Shown here piece after piece: positions 9,564 through 20,571 of a DNA stretch of 64,000 nucleotides; position 1 is the stretch's first letter, and every line of letters begins with the position of its first letter. The notes beneath the pieces are model-generated. The model made no database searches. It saw nothing but the letters and a program-made list of their open reading frames with translations, and was not told the origin of the DNA. The translations under genes and the position numbers were made by a program. Source of the DNA: an uncultured virus (IMG/VR IMGVR_UViG_3300042934_000869) (lineage: Duplodnaviria; Heunggongvirae; Uroviricota; Caudoviricetes); IMG/VR virus record IMGVR_UViG_3300042934_000869. One strand, given 5' to 3'.

Positions 9564-10490
9564 TTATTCTTTATAAGCTATTACTGCGAATGCAGTATTA
9601 CTATTATTAATAGGAAGTATCATACAACTCTTCGGCAGTACTATAAAGTCTAATTTACCCCACTGTTCTAAGCTGTATTCTATATTTTTATCTTCTAAAT
9701 CTTTTAGTAGCTCTCTACTTGGTACTAGTCTTATATCTCTCTTATTTTGATAATAATATGCTGAACCCACTGCTACAGTAATATTAGTATAGAATTTAGG
9801 AAGTACCTGTGTTGATAGTTCATAGCAATGATTAATAATTTCTGAGTAAAGATTATTATTCTTGTCTAAACCTCTTAGTACTTTTCCTGACACTCTATCT
9901 TCTATATAGTTATCTCCAAGCGATAATAAATCTTCAATAGTTTTGGTTTCATTAAATTTATACTTTTTCTTAGCTGGTAATAACTCATGCATGTCCTTAA
10001 GTTGATTTAGTATTGGACCTCTTACTAATTCCATACAAAAATCATTACTAGGCTCTTTACCATATTCGCATATTATACATTTATTATCGTCTATACTAAA
10101 GTACACATCATAAATACAGTTAGTCGAATTTAAAAACGATAATACCGAGTTTAGATACTCTAAATTGTATATACATATTTGTTTGTATATACTAACTTTT
10201 AGAATTCTCTTTTCTGCACTTTCTACATCTAAATATAAGCCTGTGCTACGATACTCGCACTCTGCATCTTGTAGTACAAAAGGAAGACCATTAAATTTTT
10301 CTAACACTCTTTCTACATCCCCTAGATTCGCTAGCTTTAATCCTAGATTGAAAGTATCTAATAAATCCTGTGCCAGTATAGGTAGTTCCTCATAATTGTA
10401 TATTACACTATGTAAAGACTCTAAATAACTCTTTGGTTTCTCTTTATCTGAAAATGAATTTGACTCTTTAATGGTATCATTACTATTCAT
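9564..10490 (-). CDS. hypothetical protein
   Basis: 308 aa, N-terminal IKESNSF. Confidence 0.75.
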   Translation of the reverse strand: MNSNDTIKESNSFSDKEKPKSYLESLHSVIYNYEELPILAQDLLDTFNLGLKLANLGDVERVLEKFNGLPFVLQDAECEYRSTGLYLDVESAEKRILKVSIYKQICIYNLEYLNSVLSFLNSTNCIYDVYFSIDDNKCIICEYGKEPSNDFCMELVRGPILNQLKDMHELLPAKKKYKFNETKTIEDLLSLGDNYIEDRVSGKVLRGLDKNNNLYSEIINHCYELSTQVLPKFYTNITVAVGSAYYYQNKRDIRLVPSRELLKDLEDKNIEYSLEQWGKLDFIVLPKSCMILPINNSNTAFAVIAYKE

Positions 10491-10524
10491 ATACTAATTT
10501 CTTCTCCTTCTTAATATTTAGTCT

Positions 10525-10569
10525 AAGGCTTATTTTAGGTAGTAGATAAATACTACCTATATAAACATT
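10525..10569 (-). promoter_or_regulatory. bulged intergenic hairpin (family member)
   Basis: GCTTATTTTAGGTAGTA-gataaa-TACTACCTATATAAAC. Confidence 0.5.
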
Positions 10570-10780
10570 AGGTCTTTATTAAACTGTCAATAAATTCTCT
10601 TCTATCTTTATTAGCTTCTTCTAATGTCTTTTTACCATTCTTTATTAGATTTGCACATAAATCTGTATATTCATTTATTTGAAATTCTTTTTCATAATCA
10701 GATACACACATATCACATAATCCTGCTATATTACTGTTATCTTCTGGTACTTCAATACCACAGCACCGACACTGTTTCAT
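10568..10780 (-). CDS. small zinc-finger protein
   Basis: CRCC...CDMC at the N-terminus. Confidence 0.6.
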   Translation of the reverse strand: MKQCRCCGIEVPEDNSNIAGLCDMCVSDYEKEFQINEYTDLCANLIKNGKKTLEEANKDRREFIDSLIKT

Positions 10781-10782
10781 AG

Positions 10783-12204
10783 TTATATCTCCTTTTTATT
10801 TCTTATAAATGGTTGCACTAAAGTTTCTCCATTCTCTAACTCTATACAATAAAATTCAGATAACTCTTTAGCTTCCTTTGACGCTTTAGCTCCTTTACGT
10901 AACCTTCTTTTAAAAGCTGATATATACTGCTCTTTTTTATCTCCATACTCAAGTGATTGCTTGAAGGGGTTATGGGAACCTGACGTACTAGACCCTCTAT
11001 ATTTCCAGTAACTTGGCAGTCTTATCTCATATTCTTTGTATTCATTCGCTGTACCCTTTACTGTGAGAACTCCGTTATTTAACATGTGTAACGGTGCTAC
11101 ACTTATATAGAATCTTGGGTCTAACCTGTAGAGTTCATCACACTTTTTATCTAACCCGTACATATAAAATAATAAATTACATATATCATAAAGAGTTGAA
11201 CCTGTATTGTATACAGTACCATTATTTAAATTAAGTACTGTAACTGTATTTATTAATCCTGAAGAAAAATCTTTATGATATGTACACACTGCTACTATAT
11301 AATTTGTGCCTTTATATTGTCTTTCATATACATCCATATTTATTTTTTCTGATATTACATTTAGACCATTATATGGTAATAGGAAATCTCTTTTTCTTAA
11401 TAATTCTAAAAACTCAGGTACTAGAACATCATAGTATTCTTTGTCTCTCATTTCTGAAATTATTCTTAGAACTAATGTATTTTCTGGTTTAACATTAGCT
11501 TTATAATAAATCCATATATCTGATAACAATTCTTTCATAAACCCATCTAATACTAGAGTTTCTAATTTATAGGTTATAGACACTTCTTCTCCAACATTCA
11601 TATTTTTTATAGTAGAATTTACATCTACCATATGTCTTTGATGTAGTGGTGCTAATTCAGTGATAGTTAAACCCAATAAAGCTTTTGCGTCTTTGTTTAT
11701 CATACCTAATAGTTTTTTAGTATCATTTAAAAGAATATTATTATATCTGGACCCTCCTATATTGAATTCAACTTTAAACCCAAAATCTATACAGTATATT
11801 AAAAATAAATTAAATGTAACAATTGATGACGCATACTCTAAATCATCTATATTAAGTGTGCCACTGTTTTCTATATCACCAGAATTTGCTACATCATAAG
11901 AATAGGTGATTAACTTACTGAATATTTCTTTTATAGTAATTATATAATCATGTAATTCTATATGATTATTTCTAAATAATTTTCTTATATCTTTCTTTAT
12001 ATCTTGTTTATCATTTACTAAAACAATAAAATACATATAATCAGCTAATTTTTGAAATGTAGGTTCTTTTATTGAGTTAGATATTATAAACTTATTTACA
12101 TTGTGATACAGTAGGTCATAGTCTGGCTTTTGTTCCTCTATTTCTTCTCTTAAAGTATTCACTACATTGTAATATTTCTTTATAAATCCTAGTTTAATAC
12201 TCAA
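10783..12204 (-). CDS. hypothetical protein with basic C-terminal motif
   Basis: 473 aa, TTG start with AGGAG RBS; C-terminal ISAFKRRL...GETLVQPFIR. Confidence 0.75.
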   Translation of the reverse strand: MSIKLGFIKKYYNVVNTLREEIEEQKPDYDLLYHNVNKFIISNSIKEPTFQKLADYMYFIVLVNDKQDIKKDIRKLFRNNHIELHDYIITIKEIFSKLITYSYDVANSGDIENSGTLNIDDLEYASSIVTFNLFLIYCIDFGFKVEFNIGGSRYNNILLNDTKKLLGMINKDAKALLGLTITELAPLHQRHMVDVNSTIKNMNVGEEVSITYKLETLVLDGFMKELLSDIWIYYKANVKPENTLVLRIISEMRDKEYYDVLVPEFLELLRKRDFLLPYNGLNVISEKINMDVYERQYKGTNYIVAVCTYHKDFSSGLINTVTVLNLNNGTVYNTGSTLYDICNLLFYMYGLDKKCDELYRLDPRFYISVAPLHMLNNGVLTVKGTANEYKEYEIRLPSYWKYRGSSTSGSHNPFKQSLEYGDKKEQYISAFKRRLRKGAKASKEAKELSEFYCIELENGETLVQPFIRNKKEI

Positions 12205-12264
12205 TTTTGTAACTCTCCTTATTTTATATTATTACTATATTATAAAATACATAAATAAGTATAT

Positions 12265-12305
12265 AGTGCTGAGATTAATCGTTATATTAATACAATCTCA
12301 GCACT
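12265..12305. terminator. inverted repeat, probable terminator
   Basis: AGTGCTGAGATT...AATCTCAGCACT, 12-bp perfect arms. Confidence 0.5.
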
Positions 12306-12312
12306 TTTTACT

Positions 12313-12909
12313 TTATTTAAAAGAGTTAGACTCTTTAACTTCTACTTTTAGATTACCTTTATTATATTTATCATTCATGTAATAAAAATAATAATCAGTT
12401 ATATACTCAGGTATGTGTGAATAATTATCTTCTACATACGCTATCTTTTCATCTAGAGTTTTATTTTCAAGGCCTTTAGAGATCATAGGGAATACACTAC
12501 TCTCCAAAGACATATAATCTAATAATTTGGAGTATCCAGTCTCTTTAAGTTTCATAGATTCATACGGATCTATGGTATCTATAAAATTATCGTATATAAG
12601 AACTCTATCTTCTAAAGATAAGTTGTCTAGGAACTTTGTGTAATTTCTGGATTCATAGTCTTTATCTGTAAAAATTTCTTTTATGTTATAAATACTTATT
12701 AATAGTTCTATACATCTATAATTCCCATCTTCTCTTTGATGGTGTTCCTTATATATTTGTATTACATCTTGTATAGAAATTTTTGTGTCTAGGTGGTAAA
12801 ATGGGTTATTGACTGGACTGTCTTCATATTCCTTTAAGTGTTCTTTGTATTTCATTACAGTTGGTAGTTTACATAGGTAGTTATAATTTTTAATAGACAT
12901 ATTAAACAA
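12313..12909 (-). CDS. hypothetical protein
   Basis: 198 aa, C-terminal VKESNSFK. Confidence 0.7.
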   Translation of the reverse strand: MFNMSIKNYNYLCKLPTVMKYKEHLKEYEDSPVNNPFYHLDTKISIQDVIQIYKEHHQREDGNYRCIELLISIYNIKEIFTDKDYESRNYTKFLDNLSLEDRVLIYDNFIDTIDPYESMKLKETGYSKLLDYMSLESSVFPMISKGLENKTLDEKIAYVEDNYSHIPEYITDYYFYYMNDKYNKGNLKVEVKESNSFK

Positions 12910-12951
12910 CTCCTTCTTTTATTTCAACATTCTATAAAAGATTGCTCAAGT

Positions 12952-12978
12952 AAAAGAAGGGATGAAAATCATCCCTCT
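12952..12978 (-). terminator. intrinsic terminator of the surface operon
   Basis: GGGATGA/TCATCCC stem followed by a U-rich tract on the minus strand, right after the stop at 12982. Confidence 0.65.
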
Positions 12979-12981
12979 AAG

Positions 12982-13494
12982 TTAAATTTGTGAAGCTAAG
13001 AACTTTACAGTAGTAGTGTAGCTATCTGGTACTGCTGAAGTCCAAGGAAGTTCTAGTCTAAAATCTACAGGGAACGCTTGTCCTGATGTAGCAGGCTGAC
13101 TTGCTGTTAAAACTACTGGTGCAGTTTTACTCATAGTTAACCAAGTAGTAGACGAACCTAATTTTACTTTTAGTTTGTCTATTGTTATTACGTTTCCAGC
13201 CTTAGCTCCTGCAAAATCTCCAGTAGCCTGTGTAGTTAATTTGAATGTGTTGTTACTTTGTACATTAACTGTAACAGCTGCAAGTTTATCATTGTTAGTT
13301 GTTAATGGTGTAAGGGTACCAAAGCTTATGGTACTTGTTGTTGTAGACATTGTAACAGTAGGATCTACTGTTACTGATATGTCTACTATTTTTTCAGCGT
13401 TATCTACTGCTTTAGCCGGTATGTAGTTTATACCCATTAGTAGAAGTAGTGATAGGATAAATGATACTGATTTGATTGATTTAAATTTTTTCAT
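12982..13494 (-). CDS. small secreted WxL-like/pilin-like protein
   Basis: Signal peptide (AKA site); beta-rich domain ISFG...VTVNVQSN...PDSYTTTV, paralogous to the C-terminus of the 1508-aa neighbour. Confidence 0.7.
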   Translation of the reverse strand: MKKFKSIKSVSFILSLLLLMGINYIPAKAVDNAEKIVDISVTVDPTVTMSTTTSTISFGTLTPLTTNNDKLAAVTVNVQSNNTFKLTTQATGDFAGAKAGNVITIDKLKVKLGSSTTWLTMSKTAPVVLTASQPATSGQAFPVDFRLELPWTSAVPDSYTTTVKFLASQI

Positions 13495-13516
13495 TATTAT
13501 ACCTCCGTATATTTTA

Positions 13517-16500
13517 TTATTGACTTATTTTAACAGTTACATTACCAGTATAATTATCTGGTTTGAAACTGAAGTCTGTCTTTAATTTTAGGTCTATTTC
13601 GTATATTGCATTAGTAGTATAAGGTTTATTACTTACTATATTAACCCCATTAGAACTTAACTCTTTATAACTTGAATCAGTATTAAGTTTTACTAATAGG
13701 TTTTTAGCTGGTATTGCGTTTCCTTTAATACTAGATAACCCTTGGGATAATAAATCTATTTTATACAAAGCATTAGAAGCTACTGTAACTTTTATTGCTT
13801 TAGATTTAGTTATTTCTGGAGTTAGTGGATTTACTGCTCCAAAAGATATAGAACTGGTATTTATGCTTGCTGTCAACATACTGCTTACTTTAAATGGGTA
13901 ATGCAATATTGGAGATGTGTTACCAGCGTTGTCAACAGACATTAAATGTAGGTATGTATTACCAGCCTGTAAACCATTTAAAGTAACTGAAGCTGAATTC
14001 AATGTTGTTCCACCAACAGGAGAGGTATTACTAGTTTGATTTGCAACGTAATAATATTCTTTTATCCCAGTAGTTATTGTTTTAGATATTTGATCTGATA
14101 CATATGTCTCTAAATCAGAATCTCCAATAGCTTCTATATAATACGTATAAGAAGTCCCAGTGTCTGTATTAGACCATGAGAATATATTAGCTAAATCTCC
14201 AACTGATGTTCCAGTTTCTGTAGCAGTCATATTAGCTATTGAGTTTGGTACACCTTTGTCCTTTGCATTTGTATCGGATAGAGTTTTTATTAGAACTTTA
14301 TCTAATATCTTAACATAAGACCCAGTACCTTCTTTTCTGTAAACATTGTACTTATAAGTCTGCGTGGAATCTGTTGTTCCATATATTAAATCAATTTTAT
14401 TATTTATAATATCTGTAGTTACGTTTATTCCTGCATTGATAGTCGGAACGTTTATTATTTGAGTCTTGCCTTTCGACCAATAACCATTACCATCCCTTGC
14501 TCTAAATTTTAAATACCATGGCCCAGAACTTAGTTTTTGATCTATCTTACCTGTACTATTAGGGTACAATTCCCAAGGTATTGGATCAGAGTTATTAGAT
14601 GTTAGCATAGCTTGATATGTTACAGAACCAGTTAAACTTGCATTATAAGTTACTGTTGGTGAAGTTGTTTTGTATCCGTATTCGTCTGTCTTTACAATAT
14701 AGTAACTGAAATTATCGCAAATATCTGGCTGTGTGAATATTGTAGTTGCTAGCTTACCTTTAAGAGGTGCTGCAAAGTTATCATTATTAGGTCCTTTTGT
14801 ATCTGATATAAATTTATCTTCATTGGATGTAGCACTCCCTATTTCCTCTAATTTTATATTAGTTATATCTATACTAGCTAACTGTCCGCGCCCTATTCTA
14901 AACGATACTGTATCTCTATTATAGGTATTGAATATTACTGAAGAAGTTTTCCAACTATAATCACCAACAATATTTCCTGAGTTTGCAGATGCCAGTCCTG
15001 TATTGTTATAGTCTCCTGTTATGAATATTAAACCATTACCCATATTACCACTGTAACCTGTACTGTAATCTAGACTGGCTTTATATTGTGTATTTGGTTT
15101 TACTTTAATATCATTTATTATTACTCCAGTATCATATTTATCTTGATTTGAAGTACCTGATAATGTTATAAAGCTTGCACCATTCGGTCCTCCTTTTGAT
15201 GATACCTTAGTACTGGTTATATTACCTACTCCTGTATAATCAAATGAAGTCCAAGCAGTTGCTGTACCATCACTCATAACAGACTGTCGTGATGATAGAG
15301 TGTTGCTACTTTTGCCTGAAGTAGTAGGTAGTTTTATAACAAAATTACCTATGTAACCCTTAAAATTATAAGGATCCCCATCACTGTAATATCTTCCTAA
15401 GACATTATAATTTCTTTCTATAGTTCTTGGTAGCGGTATATTTCCATACCATACTCTAGAACCATCCCTGTACAATTCCCAGTATCCATCTTTAGTTACA
15501 GTTATTCTCCATAGATTGTTCTGTCCTGCACTTACTATTCCATTTATAGTAGTTAACGAACCTCCAGATTCTATAACTAAATTGTTACTGTTTGGAACAT
15601 TGTATAGTGTGAAAATATCTTTTGTTTTATTATTACTAAAATCAAATATCCTATTATAAGCATCTAGAGAGTCCCATCTAGCCATAAAAGAAATTTCAAA
15701 TCCTTGAGTAAAATCCCATGAACTTGTTCCTATATCTACTGATGAATTGTAATCTCTTGTAAATTGTTGCCCATCAAGTAATTTAAATTGTTCTCTAGAA
15801 TTATATAATTCGTTTACTTCTCCAATTCCTAGTTCTCTATTCCATACTTTTACGCTTGCTATATCTGTACTGGTGTTTCTATAATTAGTATTTGAACCCC
15901 ACCCATTTAGGTATAAGGTATTACCAAACATTACATTAGCTGCATTTGGGTAATCTCCTAATTTTGACATAGACATAGGAACTCCGTTTATATACAACTT
16001 ATTGTATGTCAAATCACTTTTATTATACACTAAGGTGTAATGGTTCCATACAGATTTTTTTGTGTATACATTTCCATAAATATCACTCTGTCCTGTATTG
16101 AATCCTACACGGTTATCAGAAGCTCTCATATAACTATATTTGGAAAATCCTCCTAACATTGTGTCAGAGTCTTCTGATTCTTTTACCCACATCGATAAAG
16201 TAACATAACTAGTGTTTATATCTGAAATACCTATCTGGTTATTAGGTATTTGTAATTGTCCTCCTTGTAAAGATATACCGCTTCCATAAGCAGTATCTTT
16301 ACTATAAAGACCTGTACCTAGAGTATAGGTCCTTCCAGTCATTGTATTTCTCGCCACATTTGATTGTACTGAAAAATCTAATACTTTACCGTTATTAATA
16401 CCTATAGAATTCTCATAAACATTATCCATTTCAGTTTCTGATAATTCCCTATTCCATATATTAATTTGTGTTATAGTAGACGTATTCATTCTATAATTAG

Positions 16501-18043
16501 AACCAGAAGCCTGTCCACTTATACAAAAATTCGATGAGTAAACTGCATTTGCTGATGATGATTCTCCTACATAAATGTTTATAGGTTGTAATTTACCATT
16601 TAAATAAATTTTACTACTCTCTACATCTGTTTTATTGAATACTATTATAAAATGATTATATCCATTATTGCTATAAGATATTCCTAATCTATCGCTATTA
16701 GCTGTATTAAATCCTATACTATTATCTTTCATCCATAAAGTATAATTAGAAAATGCTATTGGCATTGATTCTATATCTGTTCTTTTATCCATCCAAAAAC
16801 TAACTGTAACAGAGTTTGTATTTGAATCACTGATACCTAAATCTGCTGTTGGTATCATAATCTGACTTTGGTTAGGTTTATAAGCAGAACCATAAGGACT
16901 AGTAACAGTTGTAGAACCTGTGCCTTTACTATAGGATTTGCCATTAACTAAGTTTATAGCAGTGGCACCAGAAAAATCTATTTTACCTGTTAATCCACTA
17001 TACGGGAAAGCTCCTTTCTCTGCATATGTAGACTCACTGCTTCTCTTTTTAAAGATTTGATTTATATAGGAATTTGAATTATCATTTATAGAACTGTTTA
17101 TTTTTATAGAACCATAACCTGCATTTGATGTATCTATAGAACTTGTCATAGACGATAAATTCTGTACTCTTTCTGCCAAATAACTTCTTGAGTTATTATC
17201 ACTTTCTGCAAAAGCCATCGATCTAGCTTTAGTTACAAAAGAGGTATTACTTGGCGAAGCTTCAGCATTTTGAACAGATAACTCTATTTCTTGACTTGAT
17301 GTATTTCTATAAGCCCAAGCCAATGCATTGACTTGTTCTTCTGGTAATTCTCTATCCCAGATTTGTACGGACGATATTGTGCAAGAATTTCCTTTTAAGT
17401 AGAAATATCCATCAAAGATAGCATTAGAATCGTCTGGCTCTTCTGGATTGTTTGGGTCTGTACTTAAATTTGTTTGGTTACCATTTATGTACAATCTAGA
17501 TCCATACACATCATTTTTTCTTATAATAGCTGTAACTAAAATGTCTCTATCTGTAGGAATTTCTGTAGAATAATTAGATTGGTACTTTGTTCTGAATCCT
17601 AATCTGTTACTTCCTGCACTATAATAAATTCCTAAATTATTATAAGAGCTTCCGAAAGCTATTCCAGCATATCCAGAAGTGGTTCCAGCTTTGAATGTAA
17701 AACTTACTGTTAATACAGAAGTTTGTGAATCTATACCTAAACTACTAAATGACTCTCTAAAAGATTCAGAATAATTATTATCTGATTGTGTAACAAATTT
17801 TAATCCTTTGCCGTAAACAGTATCTACTATTGTATTATTTTTACCTAAGGAGTATTGCTTAGAGCTAATTAGGTTAGTAACTGAATTATTATCAAATCTA
17901 ATATCTGCTACTTTATTTAACCCTATAGCTCCAGGATTGTCTGCTATTACTGGCTCTATAAATTTATCTGGTATTGAATTTATTACTACAGTAAATAATG
18001 CTATTAAAACTAGTAGTGTACTGATTTTCTTTAAAAACTTCAT
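13517..18043 (-). CDS. large secreted adhesin with repeated LamG/concanavalin-like domains and a C-terminal WxL-like domain
   Basis: Signal peptide; three repeats of TVS[FM]x...LY[IL]NG...[IV]W[DN]REL; C-terminal ISFG...VTVASN...PDNYTGNV. Confidence 0.8.
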   Translation of the reverse strand: MKFLKKISTLLVLIALFTVVINSIPDKFIEPVIADNPGAIGLNKVADIRFDNNSVTNLISSKQYSLGKNNTIVDTVYGKGLKFVTQSDNNYSESFRESFSSLGIDSQTSVLTVSFTFKAGTTSGYAGIAFGSSYNNLGIYYSAGSNRLGFRTKYQSNYSTEIPTDRDILVTAIIRKNDVYGSRLYINGNQTNLSTDPNNPEEPDDSNAIFDGYFYLKGNSCTISSVQIWDRELPEEQVNALAWAYRNTSSQEIELSVQNAEASPSNTSFVTKARSMAFAESDNNSRSYLAERVQNLSSMTSSIDTSNAGYGSIKINSSINDNSNSYINQIFKKRSSESTYAEKGAFPYSGLTGKIDFSGATAINLVNGKSYSKGTGSTTVTSPYGSAYKPNQSQIMIPTADLGISDSNTNSVTVSFWMDKRTDIESMPIAFSNYTLWMKDNSIGFNTANSDRLGISYSNNGYNHFIIVFNKTDVESSKIYLNGKLQPINIYVGESSSANAVYSSNFCISGQASGSNYRMNTSTITQINIWNRELSETEMDNVYENSIGINNGKVLDFSVQSNVARNTMTGRTYTLGTGLYSKDTAYGSGISLQGGQLQIPNNQIGISDINTSYVTLSMWVKESEDSDTMLGGFSKYSYMRASDNRVGFNTGQSDIYGNVYTKKSVWNHYTLVYNKSDLTYNKLYINGVPMSMSKLGDYPNAANVMFGNTLYLNGWGSNTNYRNTSTDIASVKVWNRELGIGEVNELYNSREQFKLLDGQQFTRDYNSSVDIGTSSWDFTQGFEISFMARWDSLDAYNRIFDFSNNKTKDIFTLYNVPNSNNLVIESGGSLTTINGIVSAGQNNLWRITVTKDGYWELYRDGSRVWYGNIPLPRTIERNYNVLGRYYSDGDPYNFKGYIGNFVIKLPTTSGKSSNTLSSRQSVMSDGTATAWTSFDYTGVGNITSTKVSSKGGPNGASFITLSGTSNQDKYDTGVIINDIKVKPNTQYKASLDYSTGYSGNMGNGLIFITGDYNNTGLASANSGNIVGDYSWKTSSVIFNTYNRDTVSFRIGRGQLASIDITNIKLEEIGSATSNEDKFISDTKGPNNDNFAAPLKGKLATTIFTQPDICDNFSYYIVKTDEYGYKTTSPTVTYNASLTGSVTYQAMLTSNNSDPIPWELYPNSTGKIDQKLSSGPWYLKFRARDGNGYWSKGKTQIINVPTINAGINVTTDIINNKIDLIYGTTDSTQTYKYNVYRKEGTGSYVKILDKVLIKTLSDTNAKDKGVPNSIANMTATETGTSVGDLANIFSWSNTDTGTSYTYYIEAIGDSDLETYVSDQISKTITTGIKEYYYVANQTSNTSPVGGTTLNSASVTLNGLQAGNTYLHLMSVDNAGNTSPILHYPFKVSSMLTASINTSSISFGAVNPLTPEITKSKAIKVTVASNALYKIDLLSQGLSSIKGNAIPAKNLLVKLNTDSSYKELSSNGVNIVSNKPYTTNAIYEIDLKLKTDFSFKPDNYTGNVTVKISQ

Positions 18044-18085
18044 TTTAACTATATCCCCCTTTCACTGATATGTTGATTAAACTAA

Positions 18086-19627
18086 TCAACCTTCATGAAA
18101 TTCAATATCACCTACTTTTTTTAATTTATTCTTTTTCTTTATTTTTAAAATAACACGCAATAGTATTCCCATTATGATTAGTGGAATGATTATACTAGCA
18201 ACAAAGCCAATTAAAATTAAATATCTAAAGGATTTAATTTCTAATTCATATTCTATAGTCTCTGATGTTTTGTATTTAGACTGTATATCTATACCTTCTT
18301 CTAGTGGCTCTGATTTTGCTATATCCCTTGATTCCTTTTGATATGCACCAAATCCTAAAACCTCTGTGCTAAGCATATAATTTCCATTCATTGTTTCTAA
18401 AATCTCTTGAGGTATCTGTGCGTATATTTTTGCTGATGCTTTCACAGGTATTAAAGCATTTGAGTATGATAATTCCTCTTGAACTGATCCATTTATATTG
18501 TATTTTAATTTCGTTCTTTTTGGATCGTATATCTTAACCTTGCCTCCCGGAGATATTTTAGCTTCTCCAGTATTGTCTATACTTACTTCTAGGAATAGAT
18601 TTGTGTTTACTTGTGTTCCTAACTCATTTACTCTAATATTACTAGACATCCATTCAAAGGAAGGAGTCTCATTATTTTCTATAGTTGGAAGTAGATTTAT
18701 TAATTGTAAGTTAATATCCTGAACTATAGATTCATTTGGAAACTCTATCTCATACACATTATCCGAGTCTTGTGTCGGAAAGATTCTTATGTATCTACCA
18801 TCAAACTGTATATTTTGAATATAAAGGTTGTCTGGTATTTCTCTATTCACTTTAGCATATTTGCTCTTACTGGTCTTAGCAGTTGTTAATACATCTTTTA
18901 AATATACTTTAGTCATTTTTGGTATATCGTAGTATATCCTCTCACGACCGTCTATTATTTTATTGTACTTTAGAGGTCCGTATAATACTTTATTCAGATT
19001 CTCTTTTATATTTTTGGAGTATAGTCCCTTGACTATAGTTAGTACATTGTCTTCTGTATTTGTAGTAACATTATTCCCCGTAACATCAAATTCTTTATCT
19101 ACCTGAACAGACATACTTCCATCTTCTCCAAGCTCTATGAATATAGGTACTTGTATTAAACCTTCTACATTTACTGCAAATGTTGCTGCATTGCTATCTA
19201 CTATAGGTATTTGACTTATATCTAATATTGCCATATACCTTCCCTTAGCTCCTTTAGGTATGTCTACGTGTATATCTACTATTTTTTCTTCAGACGGTTT
19301 TAAATTAAATTTATCACCACTTAATGTTACCCAGTCTTTTGCATTCTCATAATTATCTGTTACCTTATCATTAAATGATAAATTAACTTTATAAACATAA
19401 AGATTCTCTTTTCCATCTCCAGGAGCGAAAACTGCGTTATTTTTTATTAGTATTTTAAAATCTTTAATTACTCCTAAGCTTTGCGTTTTGGTCACTTCAA
19501 AACTTGTAGGAGCTACTCCTATTTTTAAATCATCTGCTCTAGCTACTATGTTAGGTATTAGAGAGCAACTCAGAACCACTGTAGCTATAGCTTTTATGAA
19601 CTTGTTTTTGATTTTGCACACCCCCAT
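18086..19627 (-). CDS. membrane-anchored Ig-like protein (DUF916/DUF3324-like or chaperone-like)
   Basis: Signal peptide, IGVAPTSF, WVTL...LKPSE...IP, NTG...PGGKVKI, C-terminal TM plus poly-Lys; exact start uncertain. Confidence 0.65.
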   Translation of the reverse strand: MGVCKIKNKFIKAIATVVLSCSLIPNIVARADDLKIGVAPTSFEVTKTQSLGVIKDFKILIKNNAVFAPGDGKENLYVYKVNLSFNDKVTDNYENAKDWVTLSGDKFNLKPSEEKIVDIHVDIPKGAKGRYMAILDISQIPIVDSNAATFAVNVEGLIQVPIFIELGEDGSMSVQVDKEFDVTGNNVTTNTEDNVLTIVKGLYSKNIKENLNKVLYGPLKYNKIIDGRERIYYDIPKMTKVYLKDVLTTAKTSKSKYAKVNREIPDNLYIQNIQFDGRYIRIFPTQDSDNVYEIEFPNESIVQDINLQLINLLPTIENNETPSFEWMSSNIRVNELGTQVNTNLFLEVSIDNTGEAKISPGGKVKIYDPKRTKLKYNINGSVQEELSYSNALIPVKASAKIYAQIPQEILETMNGNYMLSTEVLGFGAYQKESRDIAKSEPLEEGIDIQSKYKTSETIEYELEIKSFRYLILIGFVASIIIPLIIMGILLRVILKIKKKNKLKKVGDIEFHEG

Positions 19628-19647
19628 GTACTTTTATAATTTTTGAT

Positions 19648-20136
19648 TTATCTAAATGAATTTGATTCTTTTATTTCTTTATTATCACCTGACTTAATCA
19701 TTATAGTTCTACCTAGTGTATAAGGCATTATATAAAGTAATGAACCTTCTGAGTCATATACATTTAGTAAATCATTTTCTTCTACTATTTCATAAACTTT
19801 TCTATTTCTTTGCTGCAGTAAATCTCTTAGTGACTTACATACTGTATCCATATCAGGTTTAAATCCAAATACTATACTTTCATGACCGAAAGTTAAGAGA
19901 TAGATATCATTTGTATTTTCTGGTTCTTGTATTTCTTCTATAGTGTACTTTATAGTATTTATATATTCATACTTTGAATCATATAATCCAATATGATTTT
20001 TAGATACTAAAACTACATACACTAAATTTTTATAATTTGATTTTGTGTATAGGTGTACTATGTCTTCCAATTCCTTTTTCTCTGGATACTTGTCAAACAC
20101 CTTTTCAGTATCTAAGAATCTAAATAAATATTTCAT
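19648..20136 (-). CDS. paralog-family protein (two repeat domains)
   Basis: YLFRF...KYPEK and YLLTF...FKPDM; C-terminal IKESNSFR. Confidence 0.7.
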   Translation of the reverse strand: MKYLFRFLDTEKVFDKYPEKKELEDIVHLYTKSNYKNLVYVVLVSKNHIGLYDSKYEYINTIKYTIEEIQEPENTNDIYLLTFGHESIVFGFKPDMDTVCKSLRDLLQQRNRKVYEIVEENDLLNVYDSEGSLLYIMPYTLGRTIMIKSGDNKEIKESNSFR

Positions 20137-20242
20137 TTTACCTCTCCTTTAGTCACATAGTGTTGATTTTATTTAGCTATAAACTTACATTCTCTTTACG
20201 TTGTAGTCTTTAAGGTCGCTGTATATAAATTACAATATTTTC

Positions 20243-20560
20243 TTACCTTATAAATGACTTTGAAGGTCTTATTGTTCCATCTTGTATGGACTTCTCTACA
20301 CTATCTTGAAGTTCCAAGGCTTGCATTGCTTTGTTATACACTGGATTGTTATATACTTCAAACTGAACTTCTTTATTTTTTGAAGTTTTTATAATTGCAT
20401 AATCGCTATAAACTTTTATACTAGTTATATCTGATTTCATAAACTTTCCACTATCTTCTGCCCATCTATAAATAAGTTCTTCTACATCTGAATTATCTGG
20501 ATAAGTGTTTTGTTCATACTTTATTCCTTCTATGTCTATTATATATTTACATATCTTCAT
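20243..20560 (-). CDS. paralog-family protein
   Basis: YIIDI...TYPDNSDVEELI; C-terminal IRPSKSF. Confidence 0.7.
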   Translation of the reverse strand: MKICKYIIDIEGIKYEQNTYPDNSDVEELIYRWAEDSGKFMKSDITSIKVYSDYAIIKTSKNKEVQFEVYNNPVYNKAMQALELQDSVEKSIQDGTIRPSKSFIR

Positions 20561-20571
20561 TTTACTCCTCC

